This document shows, piece by piece, positions 1 to 8,056 of a DNA stretch of 26,489 bases (its first letter is position 1; every line of letters begins with the position of its first letter). The notes beneath the pieces were generated by a model, which was not told the DNA's origin, searched no databases, and worked only from the letters and a program-made list of their open reading frames with translations. The DNA comes from a virus (lineage: Duplodnaviria > Caudoviricetes): IMG/VR virus record IMGVR_UViG_3300036779_000076, positions 1 through 26,489 of that record; one strand, given 5' to 3'. Position numbers and translations under genes: made by a program.

Positions 1-133
1 CCATGCCCGGCACCGGCCAGCCGAGCAGATTGCCGAACCAAACAATGATGGCGCCGACCAGCACGAGGATCGCCAGCACGATCGCGACGTTGATCAGCCC
101 GAGTATGAGTCCGCTGACGCTCATCATTATCAT
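1..133 (-). CDS. small hydrophobic membrane protein (runs off left edge; holin-like candidate)
   Basis: Not in the ORF track. Manual translation from ATG at 133: MIMMSVSGLILGLINVAIVLAILVLVGAIIVWFGNLLGWPVPGM... The ATG overlaps the TGA of the upstream glycosyltransferase gene (ATGA coupling). Confidence 0.7.
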   Translation of the reverse strand, partial: MIMMSVSGLILGLINVAIVLAILVLVGAIIVWFGNLLGWPVPGM

Positions 134-1122
134 GGTTGCTTCTCCAATTGCGCGAACGCGCTCGGCCAGTCTCCGGGCGCCTGCGCGACGCCGAGTCTGA
201 TTTGCGGATACCAGCGATTGCCGGCGTGCCAGCGCCATGTCGGCGCGAACGGCAACAGCGCGTAGGTTTGCGGATGGCCGATCGCGCCAGCGACATGCAG
301 CGCCGCGGTGTCGATCGACATGACCACGTCCATGAGCGACGCCAGCGCGGCGACGTCGGCGAAGTCGGTCAGCTCTGGCGCGTGCACGCCGAGGCTCGCG
401 GCTTCTTCGCGCTCGTGGTGCTGCAGACTGAAAAACGTGCCGTGGATCGGTAGCAAGCCGAGGAACTGATCGAGCGGCATCGATCGGGTTTGAAATTCGT
501 GTTCGCCCGCGTGCGACGTGTTGCTCGACCACGCGATGCCGATGCGCGTCGAGGCGCCGTTGCCGATCTTGCGGCGCCAGTGCGCGACCAGCCCGGCATC
601 GGGCTGCAGATACGGCGGCGCCGGGACGTCATCAAAAAATCCCGGCAGATCGAATAGCGAGCACCACGTGTCGCCGTCGTCACCGAGCGGCGCACATTGC
701 GACGCCAGCCCGCGCAGCGCCTCGGGCATGTCGAGCACGATTTCAAGCGGCGCATAGCGCTGGCGCACCGCGGTGATGAAACGCAAGAACATCACGCTGT
801 CGCCGTAACCGGCCTCATGCGACAGCACGAGACAGCGACCGCGCTCGCCGCGCCATTGCGGCAGTTCGCGGCGCAAGCGGTGGCCGGTGTCGGTCAGCGT
901 CAGCCCGCCCATCGTGTGACGGACGGCCAGATCGGCAAAGCCTTCGCGATAACGGCCGAGCGCGAGCAGCGCGTGCGCGCGATCGAACCGCGCCAGCGTG
1001 CTTTCGTGCATGTCCAAGGCCTGATCGAATTCGACCAGCGCGGTGTGAAAATCGTTGCGCCAGAAATAGAACATGCCCTGTTCGATATGCGCGGCATGAA
1101 AGTCCGGGACGCCGAACGGCAT
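130..1122 (-). CDS. TPR-containing glycosyltransferase family 9 (heptosyltransferase-like) protein
   Basis: Start reassigned to ATG 1122 (MPFGVPDF...), which follows GGAGAGG. N-terminal TPR-like helices (ALVEFDQAL...RAHALLALGRYREG), then EAGYGDSVMFLRF, RIGIAWS and DFADVAALASLMDVVMSIDTAALHVAGAIG, typical of TPR-GT9 fusions. Confidence 0.85.
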   Translation of the reverse strand: MPFGVPDFHAAHIEQGMFYFWRNDFHTALVEFDQALDMHESTLARFDRAHALLALGRYREGFADLAVRHTMGGLTLTDTGHRLRRELPQWRGERGRCLVLSHEAGYGDSVMFLRFITAVRQRYAPLEIVLDMPEALRGLASQCAPLGDDGDTWCSLFDLPGFFDDVPAPPYLQPDAGLVAHWRRKIGNGASTRIGIAWSSNTSHAGEHEFQTRSMPLDQFLGLLPIHGTFFSLQHHEREEAASLGVHAPELTDFADVAALASLMDVVMSIDTAALHVAGAIGHPQTYALLPFAPTWRWHAGNRWYPQIRLGVAQAPGDWPSAFAQLEKQP

Positions 1123-1191
1123 GACCTCTCCGATGGTTAAAGGATGGAACCGGCGGGAACCGCCATGCGCGGGTGCATGGGCCCATGCAAA

Positions 1192-1237
1192 CGGACATAT
1201 TGTCCGGCATTGTGCACGGACATTTTGTCCATACATC
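1192..1237 (+). promoter_or_regulatory. operator pair 1 with probable promoter
   Basis: CGGACA-TAT-TGTCCG (1192-1206) and CGGACA-TTT-TGTCC (1217-1230), 25 bp apart. TTGTGC (1210) and TACATC (1232) flank the second site. Confidence 0.7.
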
Positions 1238-1258
1238 CGGGGGAAGGAGAATCCCTCT

Positions 1259-1465
1259 ATGCAAACCACTCTTATCGGCGTCGGCGATCGCGTTGTGCTC
1301 TGCCGCGATACGCAGATGGACAAGGCCGGCGTGCACGGCACCGTGACGCGCAAATCGGTGCCGGCGCATTGCACGGGCGTGTGGTCGCTAACCGTCCGAT
1401 GGGACGGCAACCGCCACGAAACCGGCTATCCCTATCCCACGGGCGGGCTGGTCGAGCGCGCCTAA
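1259..1465 (+). CDS. hypothetical small beta-rich (SH3-like) protein, 68 aa
   Basis: ATG 1259 after GGAGA. Sequence pattern IGVGDRVV...GTV...VRWDG resembles small SH3-like phage proteins. Followed by a terminator. Confidence 0.7.
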   Translation: MQTTLIGVGDRVVLCRDTQMDKAGVHGTVTRKSVPAHCTGVWSLTVRWDGNRHETGYPYPTGGLVERA

Positions 1466-1518
1466 CAAAGTTAACGCGTCGGCCGGCTCGGCCGAGCCAG
1501 TGTGAGGTGCGACGCGCG

Positions 1519-1550
1519 AAAGGCCGGGGAACTCCCCGGCCTTTTTATTT
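1519..1550 (+). terminator. intrinsic terminator
   Basis: AAAGGCCGGGGA-AC-TCCCCGGCCTTT hairpin followed by a T-rich tract. Confidence 0.85.
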
Positions 1551-1554
1551 GGAG

Positions 1555-1600
1555 CGGACATATTGTCCGTATTGAACCGCGGACATTTTGTCCTTATATT
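1555..1600 (+). promoter_or_regulatory. operator pair 2 overlapping a sigma70-like promoter
   Basis: CGGACATATTGTCCG (1555-1569) and CGGACATTTTGTCC (1580-1593), again 25 bp apart. TTGAAC (1572-1577)-N17-TATATT (1595-1600). Confidence 0.8.
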
Positions 1601-1708
1601 AGGACTGCCGCCGCGACCTCGGTCGCGGCCCGGGCCGACTGGCGGTGCCAGCCGGGAGCGCGAGGGGGCCAAGCTCGGATGCCCCCAAACCAACAAAAGG
1701 AACTGGCC

Positions 1709-1927
1709 GTGCGTGTCCGTAAAGGCGGCATCTATGAATTCGAGGCCTGCGGTTGGGACATTTTCGACCGCAAAGAAAACACCCCCGCGAATGGCACGAT
1801 CGTTCGCGTCTGCACCCCCCACGGCTGCCCGCCACCGAACGCGATGAATCACTGTTTCGTCGAAACCCTCGACGGCAAGTTCATCGGGCTGGTGTCCTGC
1901 AACAGCCTCAAGCAACGGAGCAAATAA
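1709..1927 (+). CDS. hypothetical phage protein, 72 aa, Cys/His-containing
   Basis: GTG 1709 after AAGGA. MRVRKGGIYEF...GCPPPNAMNHCFV...GLVSCNSL. Confidence 0.7.
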   Translation: MRVRKGGIYEFEACGWDIFDRKENTPANGTIVRVCTPHGCPPPNAMNHCFVETLDGKFIGLVSCNSLKQRSK

Positions 1928-1928
1928 C

Positions 1929-2168
1929 GTGACCACGATCGTTCGCGAATTCAGTCCCGCCGGCCCGTGCCTGACGCTCGGCCGGCTCGTGCGTGAAACT
2001 TCGCAGTTTTACGTTTTCAACAAATGGCGCGGCGGCGATAGCTACGCGGAAGGCGAAACCAAAATCCGCAAGCGCACCGAGGCCCACTATTCCCGCGCGC
2101 ACATTGAGCCCTGCCATTCGTGCCGCGACCACGCCAAGACGCAATACCCCAACGGCTACATGGATTGA
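1929..2168 (+). CDS. hypothetical protein with HxxxCxxCxDH putative metal-binding motif
   Basis: 79 aa, starts immediately after the previous stop. C-terminus HIEPCHSCRDH. Confidence 0.7.
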   Translation: MTTIVREFSPAGPCLTLGRLVRETSQFYVFNKWRGGDSYAEGETKIRKRTEAHYSRAHIEPCHSCRDHAKTQYPNGYMD

Positions 2169-2251
2169 TCGCAGCCCGCGGGGCGCCTGCACGCGCCCCG
2201 CCAGCGGCGACCTGACAACGCCGAACACGCCACCAACAAAAGGAACTGAAC

Positions 2252-2896
2252 GTGTCTTACATCGTCCCGAGTGAGCGCAATCCGCGCGGCGGCATCGATC
2301 TGCAAACCTTCGCGGCAGATTTGGTCAAGGCGTTGAATGCGCTCGACACCGACCCGGCGATCGACTCCAAGATCGCGGCGGCCGGCGACTATCCGCACGA
2401 ACATCAAAACATCGATCTTGATGCCACGACGCGGCTTTGGCTGACGGCCGACAATTGGAAAAAGCGCGTGCGCGTTTCGATCCATGCCACCGACGTCCAG
2501 CACGGCGACCGCAACACCTACAACAAAGATCACAAAACCGAGGATGCCACCGTCAACCCGGACGGCCGCGGCATCGAGTCGATCGCCCGCGACGTTAAGC
2601 GCCGCGTGATCGACGCCTCGGCCAATGCGCTCAAGCTGCAGCGCGACTATGCGGCGGCGCAGAACGCCAACCGCGCCAGCATCCAAGATCGCGCCACCGC
2701 GCTCGCCAAGGCCTGCCCGATGCTTTCGGTCAAGGTCAACGAACGCGAGCAAAACGCGTCGCTCTATTTCAACCACGGCGGCGGCTACCTGTCCGGCACC
2801 TTGTCGTTCGATGGCAGCGTGCGCATGCGCGACGTGTCCGGCATCAGCGCCGCCAACATGCCGGCCTTACTCAAACTGTTCGCGGTGAAATCATGA
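2252..2896 (+). CDS. hypothetical protein, 214 aa
   Basis: GTG after AAGGA, protein-like composition, coupled to the next ORF. Confidence 0.75.
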   Translation: MSYIVPSERNPRGGIDLQTFAADLVKALNALDTDPAIDSKIAAAGDYPHEHQNIDLDATTRLWLTADNWKKRVRVSIHATDVQHGDRNTYNKDHKTEDATVNPDGRGIESIARDVKRRVIDASANALKLQRDYAAAQNANRASIQDRATALAKACPMLSVKVNEREQNASLYFNHGGGYLSGTLSFDGSVRMRDVSGISAANMPALLKLFAVKS

Positions 2897-3318
2897 GCCC
2901 GCGCCAGATCGAGGAACCGTTTGGGCCGACCTACAATATCGAAAGCGCGAAGCTCAAGACGTTTCGCGCCAAGGCACGGCGCGGTGCGCCCTATGATCCG
3001 GCCTATGCCGATGCGATCGAGCGCGCGGTGCTGGCGCGCCAGCGGATCGAGGCCGGCATCGGCCTGCCGGCGGTCAAACCGAAATGCCATTGCGCCAGCG
3101 GCACCGCGCACAACGACGGCCGCGATATCCACAAGGCGGTGCGCGCGCAACAAGCCGCCGCGCTCGCGGCCTGCCCGGGTCAAGAGCGCCGGGCGCGCAC
3201 CGACGCGCAATGGCGGACCAAATACGCGGCAGCGATGGCCGACAAGGCCAAGCGGCGCGCCGCCGCGTGCGGCCCGCTGATCGTGATCGCCGCCAAACGC
3301 GCCAAGGTGTCGGCATGA
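2893..3318 (+). CDS. hypothetical basic Ala/Arg-rich protein, 141 aa
   Basis: ATGA overlaps with both neighbours. Confidence 0.65.
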   Translation: MSPRQIEEPFGPTYNIESAKLKTFRAKARRGAPYDPAYADAIERAVLARQRIEAGIGLPAVKPKCHCASGTAHNDGRDIHKAVRAQQAAALAACPGQERRARTDAQWRTKYAAAMADKAKRRAAACGPLIVIAAKRAKVSA

Positions 3319-3539
3319 CCCGGCGCGGCCACATTGTCCGGCTCGGCGACGGCTCGGTCGCCCGGCTTGGAATCGACGTCTATGACGTCGCCGATCCGCG
3401 CCACATCGGCACGCTGATCGCGATCGAGTGGAGCATCCGCGGCGTCGTGCGCTGGCATGACACCGGCTGGAAATCCGGCGGCGTGCCGCTCGACGATCTG
3501 CGCGCGGTCAGCCCTGCAGCACGAGGCGTGTGGTTTTGA
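3315..3539 (+). CDS. hypothetical small beta-rich protein, 74 aa
   Basis: ATGA overlap at 3315. MTRRGHIV...DPRHIGTL...VRWHDTGW. Confidence 0.65.
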   Translation: MTRRGHIVRLGDGSVARLGIDVYDVADPRHIGTLIAIEWSIRGVVRWHDTGWKSGGVPLDDLRAVSPAARGVWF

Positions 3540-3608
3540 TTGCAGCGCCAGCGCGCATCTGCGGATGCGCGTCACGGTGCAATCCCGCACCAACAAAGAG
3601 CGAATAAA

Positions 3609-3926
3609 ATGATATCGAAAAGCATCATCGTCTTTTGGTCGGTCCTCTGTTTCATGCTGTTCTGGCACATGATGCAGGGACACCCATCGGGCGCGACCAT
3701 TTTCATCCTCGGCAACGGCTTCATTTGGGCCGTCGTGGTTGTCCCGACCGCGCTCATTGGCACCCTGTTCGCCAGTCGTAAGTCGCGTCCGACACCGCAA
3801 CGGCAGCGGATCAATGCGGCCATCCTGGTCGCGGTTGGCCTGCTCGCGTTTGGCTTGGCCCATTCGGCCAACAGCGACATTGACCAGCAAGATGCGCAAC
3901 GCGCCAGCTACACCACAAGGCACTAG
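3609..3926 (+). CDS. membrane protein with about 3 hydrophobic segments
   Basis: ATG 3609. Hydrophobic stretches IIVFWSVLCFMLFW, IFILGNGFIWAVVVVPTALIGTLF and AAILVAVGLLAFGLA. Confidence 0.65.
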   Translation: MISKSIIVFWSVLCFMLFWHMMQGHPSGATIFILGNGFIWAVVVVPTALIGTLFASRKSRPTPQRQRINAAILVAVGLLAFGLAHSANSDIDQQDAQRASYTTRH

Positions 3927-3945
3927 GATGAAACGGATCAAACAA

Positions 3946-4359
3946 ATGAAACGCATCGCACTCGCGTTCGCGCTCGGCATCGCGACGTTCACGCCATCGC
4001 ATGCCGCCGACAGCATCCCGGCGGAATTCCGTGGCACGTACTGCCTCGCCAAAAATCTTAACGGCAACAACTTCATCTATCAGCCGCGCAAAACGTCGAC
4101 AGCGGCTTGGCGCGCGTGCCGCGATAGAGGCAACGCGGTCGAGGTCACCGCCGCCGCATTCAACAATGGCGACGATTGGGAGTGCCGTCTTGTCGGTATC
4201 GTCAAGCAAGAGGCTTCGGCGCAATGGTCCGAATTCGTCGGCAAGTTCAAATGCGGCGAAGGGATTGCAGGCGCAACCGTCACGGATGAAATCGACACAT
4301 TCGCAATCGACGACAAAAGCAACTTTCTGACCATCACGACGCAAGGATCAAACAAATGA
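3946..4359 (+). CDS. secreted/periplasmic protein 1
   Basis: Sec-type signal MKRIALAFALGIATFTPSHA, then IPAEFRGTYC, with four Cys in the mature part. Confidence 0.8.
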   Translation: MKRIALAFALGIATFTPSHAADSIPAEFRGTYCLAKNLNGNNFIYQPRKTSTAAWRACRDRGNAVEVTAAAFNNGDDWECRLVGIVKQEASAQWSEFVGKFKCGEGIAGATVTDEIDTFAIDDKSNFLTITTQGSNK

Positions 4360-4799
4360 AACGTCTAGCGCTCGCGCTCGCATTCGCGGTGCTCACTCCC
4401 GCTCTAATCGCTTGCTCGGCGCCAACACATGCCGGCGAAATCGAGTTGCTTTGCGAGAACACGTATCACCATCAGCAAATCCGCTTCTGGATCAACGCCG
4501 ACACGTACACAATTCGCAGTGAGCAAGGCGATTGGCACAACGAAAACATGATGTACGACGTGGTCGGCGTTCCCGGCGGCATCATGTCTTTTCGCTTTGG
4601 TCCGCGAAGTGAAGGCCGGGAAATTTCTTTTCCCTCCAATCGGCCAGCCGGCACCGCCGCGATCTATCACTACGGCAACGACTACCTCGATGCCGGCCAG
4701 CCCGTCGTGCGTGGCTCCAAAGCCATCGCGACCGGGTACATGCCAAAACCGGGAGCGGGCCTAGACTACTGCATCATTCCCGGGCGCATCATCCAATAA
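4356..4799 (+). CDS. secreted protein 2 (possible lipoprotein)
   Basis: MKRLALALAFAVLTPALIAC, with a lipobox-like LIAC or a signal peptidase I site at THA. ATGA coupling. Confidence 0.75.
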   Translation: MKRLALALAFAVLTPALIACSAPTHAGEIELLCENTYHHQQIRFWINADTYTIRSEQGDWHNENMMYDVVGVPGGIMSFRFGPRSEGREISFPSNRPAGTAAIYHYGNDYLDAGQPVVRGSKAIATGYMPKPGAGLDYCIIPGRIIQ

Positions 4800-4817
4800 C
4801 AGAAAGGACCAAACAAA

Positions 4818-5213
4818 ATGAAACGTCTCGCACTTGTAGGTGCTGTGCTGGCCGCGCTCGCGGCCATTGCACATTCGCCGGCTCATGCCGAGGATCGCAA
4901 GGTGATGCCCGAGCAATTCCGTGGCACATGGTGCAAGGCCACCGACGCCTACGCGACCAACCCCAAAATCATGAGTTTCTATCCGATCCAAGCTGGCGAC
5001 AAGTGTGACACCAGCACGATCAAGATCGGCCCGCAGCAATATTCCGAGGCGACCTGGACGTGCGACGTGACTGACGTCGACCATCGCCGCGCGGAATTCC
5101 GCTATGTCGTCAGCATGCGTTGCAACGTCGATCCGACGAAACCGATGCCGCTGCGCTTTTCGTTCTCGCTTGAGCACGGCGAGCTTTATGTGCACGACGA
5201 GGCGGCGAAGTGA
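4818..5213 (+). CDS. secreted/periplasmic protein 3, probable paralog of 3946-4359
   Basis: Signal MKRLALVGAVLAALAAIAHSPAHA, then MPEQFRGTWC, with four Cys. Confidence 0.8.
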   Translation: MKRLALVGAVLAALAAIAHSPAHAEDRKVMPEQFRGTWCKATDAYATNPKIMSFYPIQAGDKCDTSTIKIGPQQYSEATWTCDVTDVDHRRAEFRYVVSMRCNVDPTKPMPLRFSFSLEHGELYVHDEAAK

Positions 5214-5272
5214 CGCTGCTTGACCATCCGGCCGAGTCACCTTTCAATGCGGCGGACAAAAGGACCGCCGCC

Positions 5273-5533
5273 ATGACGCCGATGAAAGAGGACGAATTCA
5301 ACGCCGCAATCGAGGCGCTCGGCTTCGAAACCCCGACCCATGCCGGCGCCTTCTTCGGCGTCGACGGCCGCACGCCGCGGCGTTGGGCCTCGGGCGCCAC
5401 GGCCGTTCCGCAGCCGATCGCCATGTGGCTGCGCTATATGATCCGCGAGGGACTGACACCGGAGAAAGTCAATGACCTCACACAACGATCCGCCACCACC
5501 GCGGCCCGAGCCAGACGCCGCGACGCTCGCTGA
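5273..5533 (+). CDS. small HTH (XRE/Cro-like) transcriptional regulator
   Basis: ATG 5273 or 5282. EFNAAIEALG...AGAFFGVDGRTPRRWASG...VPQPIAMWLR is an HTH pattern. Confidence 0.75.
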   Translation: MTPMKEDEFNAAIEALGFETPTHAGAFFGVDGRTPRRWASGATAVPQPIAMWLRYMIREGLTPEKVNDLTQRSATTAARARRRDAR

Positions 5534-5645
5534 TATCGCGAAACTCAGCCCGCGCGATCGTAAAATCCTCGACGACGTCCTGGAACAACACCCGGCGCTA
5601 TCGCACAAGGAAGCGCTTCGGGCGCTGAAACACGCCGGGCTCTAG
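5472..5645 (+). CDS. hypothetical 57-aa helical protein
   Basis: Below the ORF-track size range. GGAG RBS, then MTSHNDPPPPRPEPDAATLADIAKLSPRDRKILDDVLEQHPALSHKEALRALKHAGL*. Its stop overlaps the stop of the convergent gene. Confidence 0.55.
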   Translation: MTSHNDPPPPRPEPDAATLADIAKLSPRDRKILDDVLEQHPALSHKEALRALKHAGL

Positions 5646-5884
5646 CGGCGCAGCCAGCGCCGCGCCCACGCCTTCACGGCCGGCCAACGCTTCGCGGCGT
5701 TGGCCTTTTTCTTGGCTGGCGCCTCGGCCAGCAGCCGCGCCTTGACCTTATCGCTGACTTTCTTCGCCGCAGCGTCGTCGCCCGCGGCGAGGATGGCGTT
5801 GTGCAGATCGGCGTCGGCGCGCTTGCCATCCTCGTCATAGAAAAACTCTTGCGCCTCACTTTTTGGCTTTGCCAACGTAGGCAT
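5642..5884 (-). CDS. hypothetical 80-aa protein, possible partner of the upstream GNAT-domain protein
   Basis: Overlaps the 3' end of 5856-8051. FFYDEDGKRADADLHNAILAAGDDAAAK. Confidence 0.7.
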   Translation of the reverse strand: MPTLAKPKSEAQEFFYDEDGKRADADLHNAILAAGDDAAAKKVSDKVKARLLAEAPAKKKANAAKRWPAVKAWARRWLRR

Positions 5885-8051
5885 TGAAACGCTCCATTGT
5901 CTCGCTGTCGTTCAGATCGAGCGCGCCGTTCCAATCGGTGCCGAGCAGCAAGTCCTTGCCGTCAGGCCGATCGGCGATTGACCAAATCGCTTTCGGATCA
6001 CCGCTGTTGATCAGGTCGGACAATTCGGGATCGACGTCGCCGCTCGACTCGGGCGTCAGCAGATCATTGTCGCGGCCATAAGCGAACTTGTCCCGATCGC
6101 GCATCGATTCCCACACGTCGCTTTGCGATGACTCGATGTTGTCGCCGATATAGTCGGGCGGGTCGACGTCGCCGCGATCACGATCGGCCTTGTCGTTGAA
6201 CGCACCGATGATCGCCGACTCGATATCCTGGCGCGTGTCCTCGGACAGCTTGTCGCGATCGGCCTCGGGGAATGCGGTTTCGTCGACCGTGATATCGGGA
6301 TCATTGGCGCCGTCGTCGTGGCGGCTCGAATAGTCGCCGACCGACAGCGCATCGAAAATTTGCTGGTCGCTAAACGGAAGCTCTTGCTTGTCGCGCAGCT
6401 TGGCGAGCGCGTCCGTCATCCACTTCGGCGGCTCGGTGGCGGTACCGAGTGCCTCGGCCAAATCGACTTTGGCCTGTTGCAGATCGCCGCCGTTCTCGCG
6501 CCAACTATCGATTTCGCTTTGCTCGAAATCGTCGCGGGTGTCGCGCTTCCACGCTTCAAACACCGCGTCTTGCTGGTCGCTCGACATTTCGTCCCACGAC
6601 TCGGGCTCATAGCCGCCGCCGGCACCCGAGCGGCTGCGAAGCTCGTCGGCGAGCGATTCGAAGTCGTCCGGCACATAACCGTATTTGGCCCACGCATAGC
6701 CGCCGACGTCGATATCGGCGTGCACGTCGACTTGATCGAGGCCGAGCTTTTGATACATCGCGACATTGGCGGCGAGCATCTGCTTGCCGATATCCTTTCC
6801 GGTCGAGCCGCGATTGAGCTTGAAATAATCGCTCGATGCTTTGTTGTTCAAAAAATCGATGGTGCGATCGTAGCTGCCGATATTGTTGCCTTGGGCATCC
6901 TCGATCGTGCCGTGCATCGACATTTCGTTGGTCGTGTCCTCGCCGCGATAATCATGCTGATTGTACTCGATGCGCATGGTGCCCGGCAGGCCGCCGGTAA
7001 ATTCCTGGCGAAATACTTCGGGCGCCTCGTGCACGTGGGTGTTCCAGGTTTCCAAAAACTTTTGCGCTTTCGCCGGATCGTCTTTGGTGCGGTCGTCGAG
7101 CGTGACCTTGTCCTTGAAATCCCCTAACTGCAGATCAGCCTTCGGCGGCGGAATGTCGGGAAATTTGCCCGGCCATAGCTCCATCTGCGTCATCGCCGAG
7201 GTCGGCGCCGTGTCGGGCTTCGGCTTCGCCTCGGCGTGCGCGGTGTCGAGCGACGTCAAGAAATCTTGTTGTGCTTGCTCGCCTTGCTCGTAACTCTCGA
7301 CCGCTTTGCCTTCGCCCGCTTGATACTCGTGCGGGTGTTGCGGGTCATACGCCATGAACACGATATCGGGCCGGCCGCCGTTGAAGCCGGCGAATTTTTC
7401 CTTGTCCCAACCGGGCGGCGCGAATTTGTCGTTGAACGGCAAGCGCGCCACGGCGCGAAAGCCGGCTTCCGAATAGAGCCGCGGCAGCACGGTGTCGAAC
7501 GCATCGAGGCGCCGGCCGCCTTGCTGTGTCGCCAGCGTCAGCGCCGAGGCCGCCGCGCTCTTGGCCGTCGACTCGGGATGCTTGAACAGCGACACGATGT
7601 TGTCGCCCTGCAGCGCGAAGCCGACTTTTTGGTCCGGCGTCACGAACGTGCGCATGCCGGCATATTCGCTCAGCGCATGCACCGCGACCGCCGAGCCGTA
7701 GGGCGAGGCCGCGGCGGCCTTCTCGATCGCGTCGTGGAAACGCTGCGCGCCGTCCGACTTAAGCTCGTGGAACGTCAGCGGCGTGATGTCGACCGCTTTG
7801 AACGCATTGCGGTTGGCCGCGTCCGGCCGGTGCACGCGATCCACATCGCCCGGCGGTTTTTCCGGCGTGGCCGGCGTCGACACATAGCCGCCACCACCAC
7901 CATCACCGCCGCCGGCTGTCCATTGCCCATGCTCGTCGCGCGGTTCGTCCTCGACGTCATGCCCGGGCTGGCGCTCGACGATCGGCCGCAGCGCGTGGCG
8001 CGCGTGACCTCGCACGATCAGCCAACGCTCGGCGCGCGTCAGCATGCGCAT
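5856..8051 (-). CDS. large polyvalent phage protein with two GNAT-like domains, about 731 aa
   Basis: Start reassigned to ATG 8051 or 8045. N-terminal HDVEDEPRDEHGQWTAGGG motif. GNAT-like 1: GGRRLDAFDTVLPRLYSEAGF. GNAT-like 2: STGKDIGKQML...LGLDQVDVHADIDVGGYAWAKYGY. Acidic C-terminal third. Confidence 0.75.
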   Translation of the reverse strand: MRMLTRAERWLIVRGHARHALRPIVERQPGHDVEDEPRDEHGQWTAGGGDGGGGGYVSTPATPEKPPGDVDRVHRPDAANRNAFKAVDITPLTFHELKSDGAQRFHDAIEKAAAASPYGSAVAVHALSEYAGMRTFVTPDQKVGFALQGDNIVSLFKHPESTAKSAAASALTLATQQGGRRLDAFDTVLPRLYSEAGFRAVARLPFNDKFAPPGWDKEKFAGFNGGRPDIVFMAYDPQHPHEYQAGEGKAVESYEQGEQAQQDFLTSLDTAHAEAKPKPDTAPTSAMTQMELWPGKFPDIPPPKADLQLGDFKDKVTLDDRTKDDPAKAQKFLETWNTHVHEAPEVFRQEFTGGLPGTMRIEYNQHDYRGEDTTNEMSMHGTIEDAQGNNIGSYDRTIDFLNNKASSDYFKLNRGSTGKDIGKQMLAANVAMYQKLGLDQVDVHADIDVGGYAWAKYGYVPDDFESLADELRSRSGAGGGYEPESWDEMSSDQQDAVFEAWKRDTRDDFEQSEIDSWRENGGDLQQAKVDLAEALGTATEPPKWMTDALAKLRDKQELPFSDQQIFDALSVGDYSSRHDDGANDPDITVDETAFPEADRDKLSEDTRQDIESAIIGAFNDKADRDRGDVDPPDYIGDNIESSQSDVWESMRDRDKFAYGRDNDLLTPESSGDVDPELSDLINSGDPKAIWSIADRPDGKDLLLGTDWNGALDLNDSETMERFNAYVGKAKK

Positions 8052-8056
8052 GGGCG

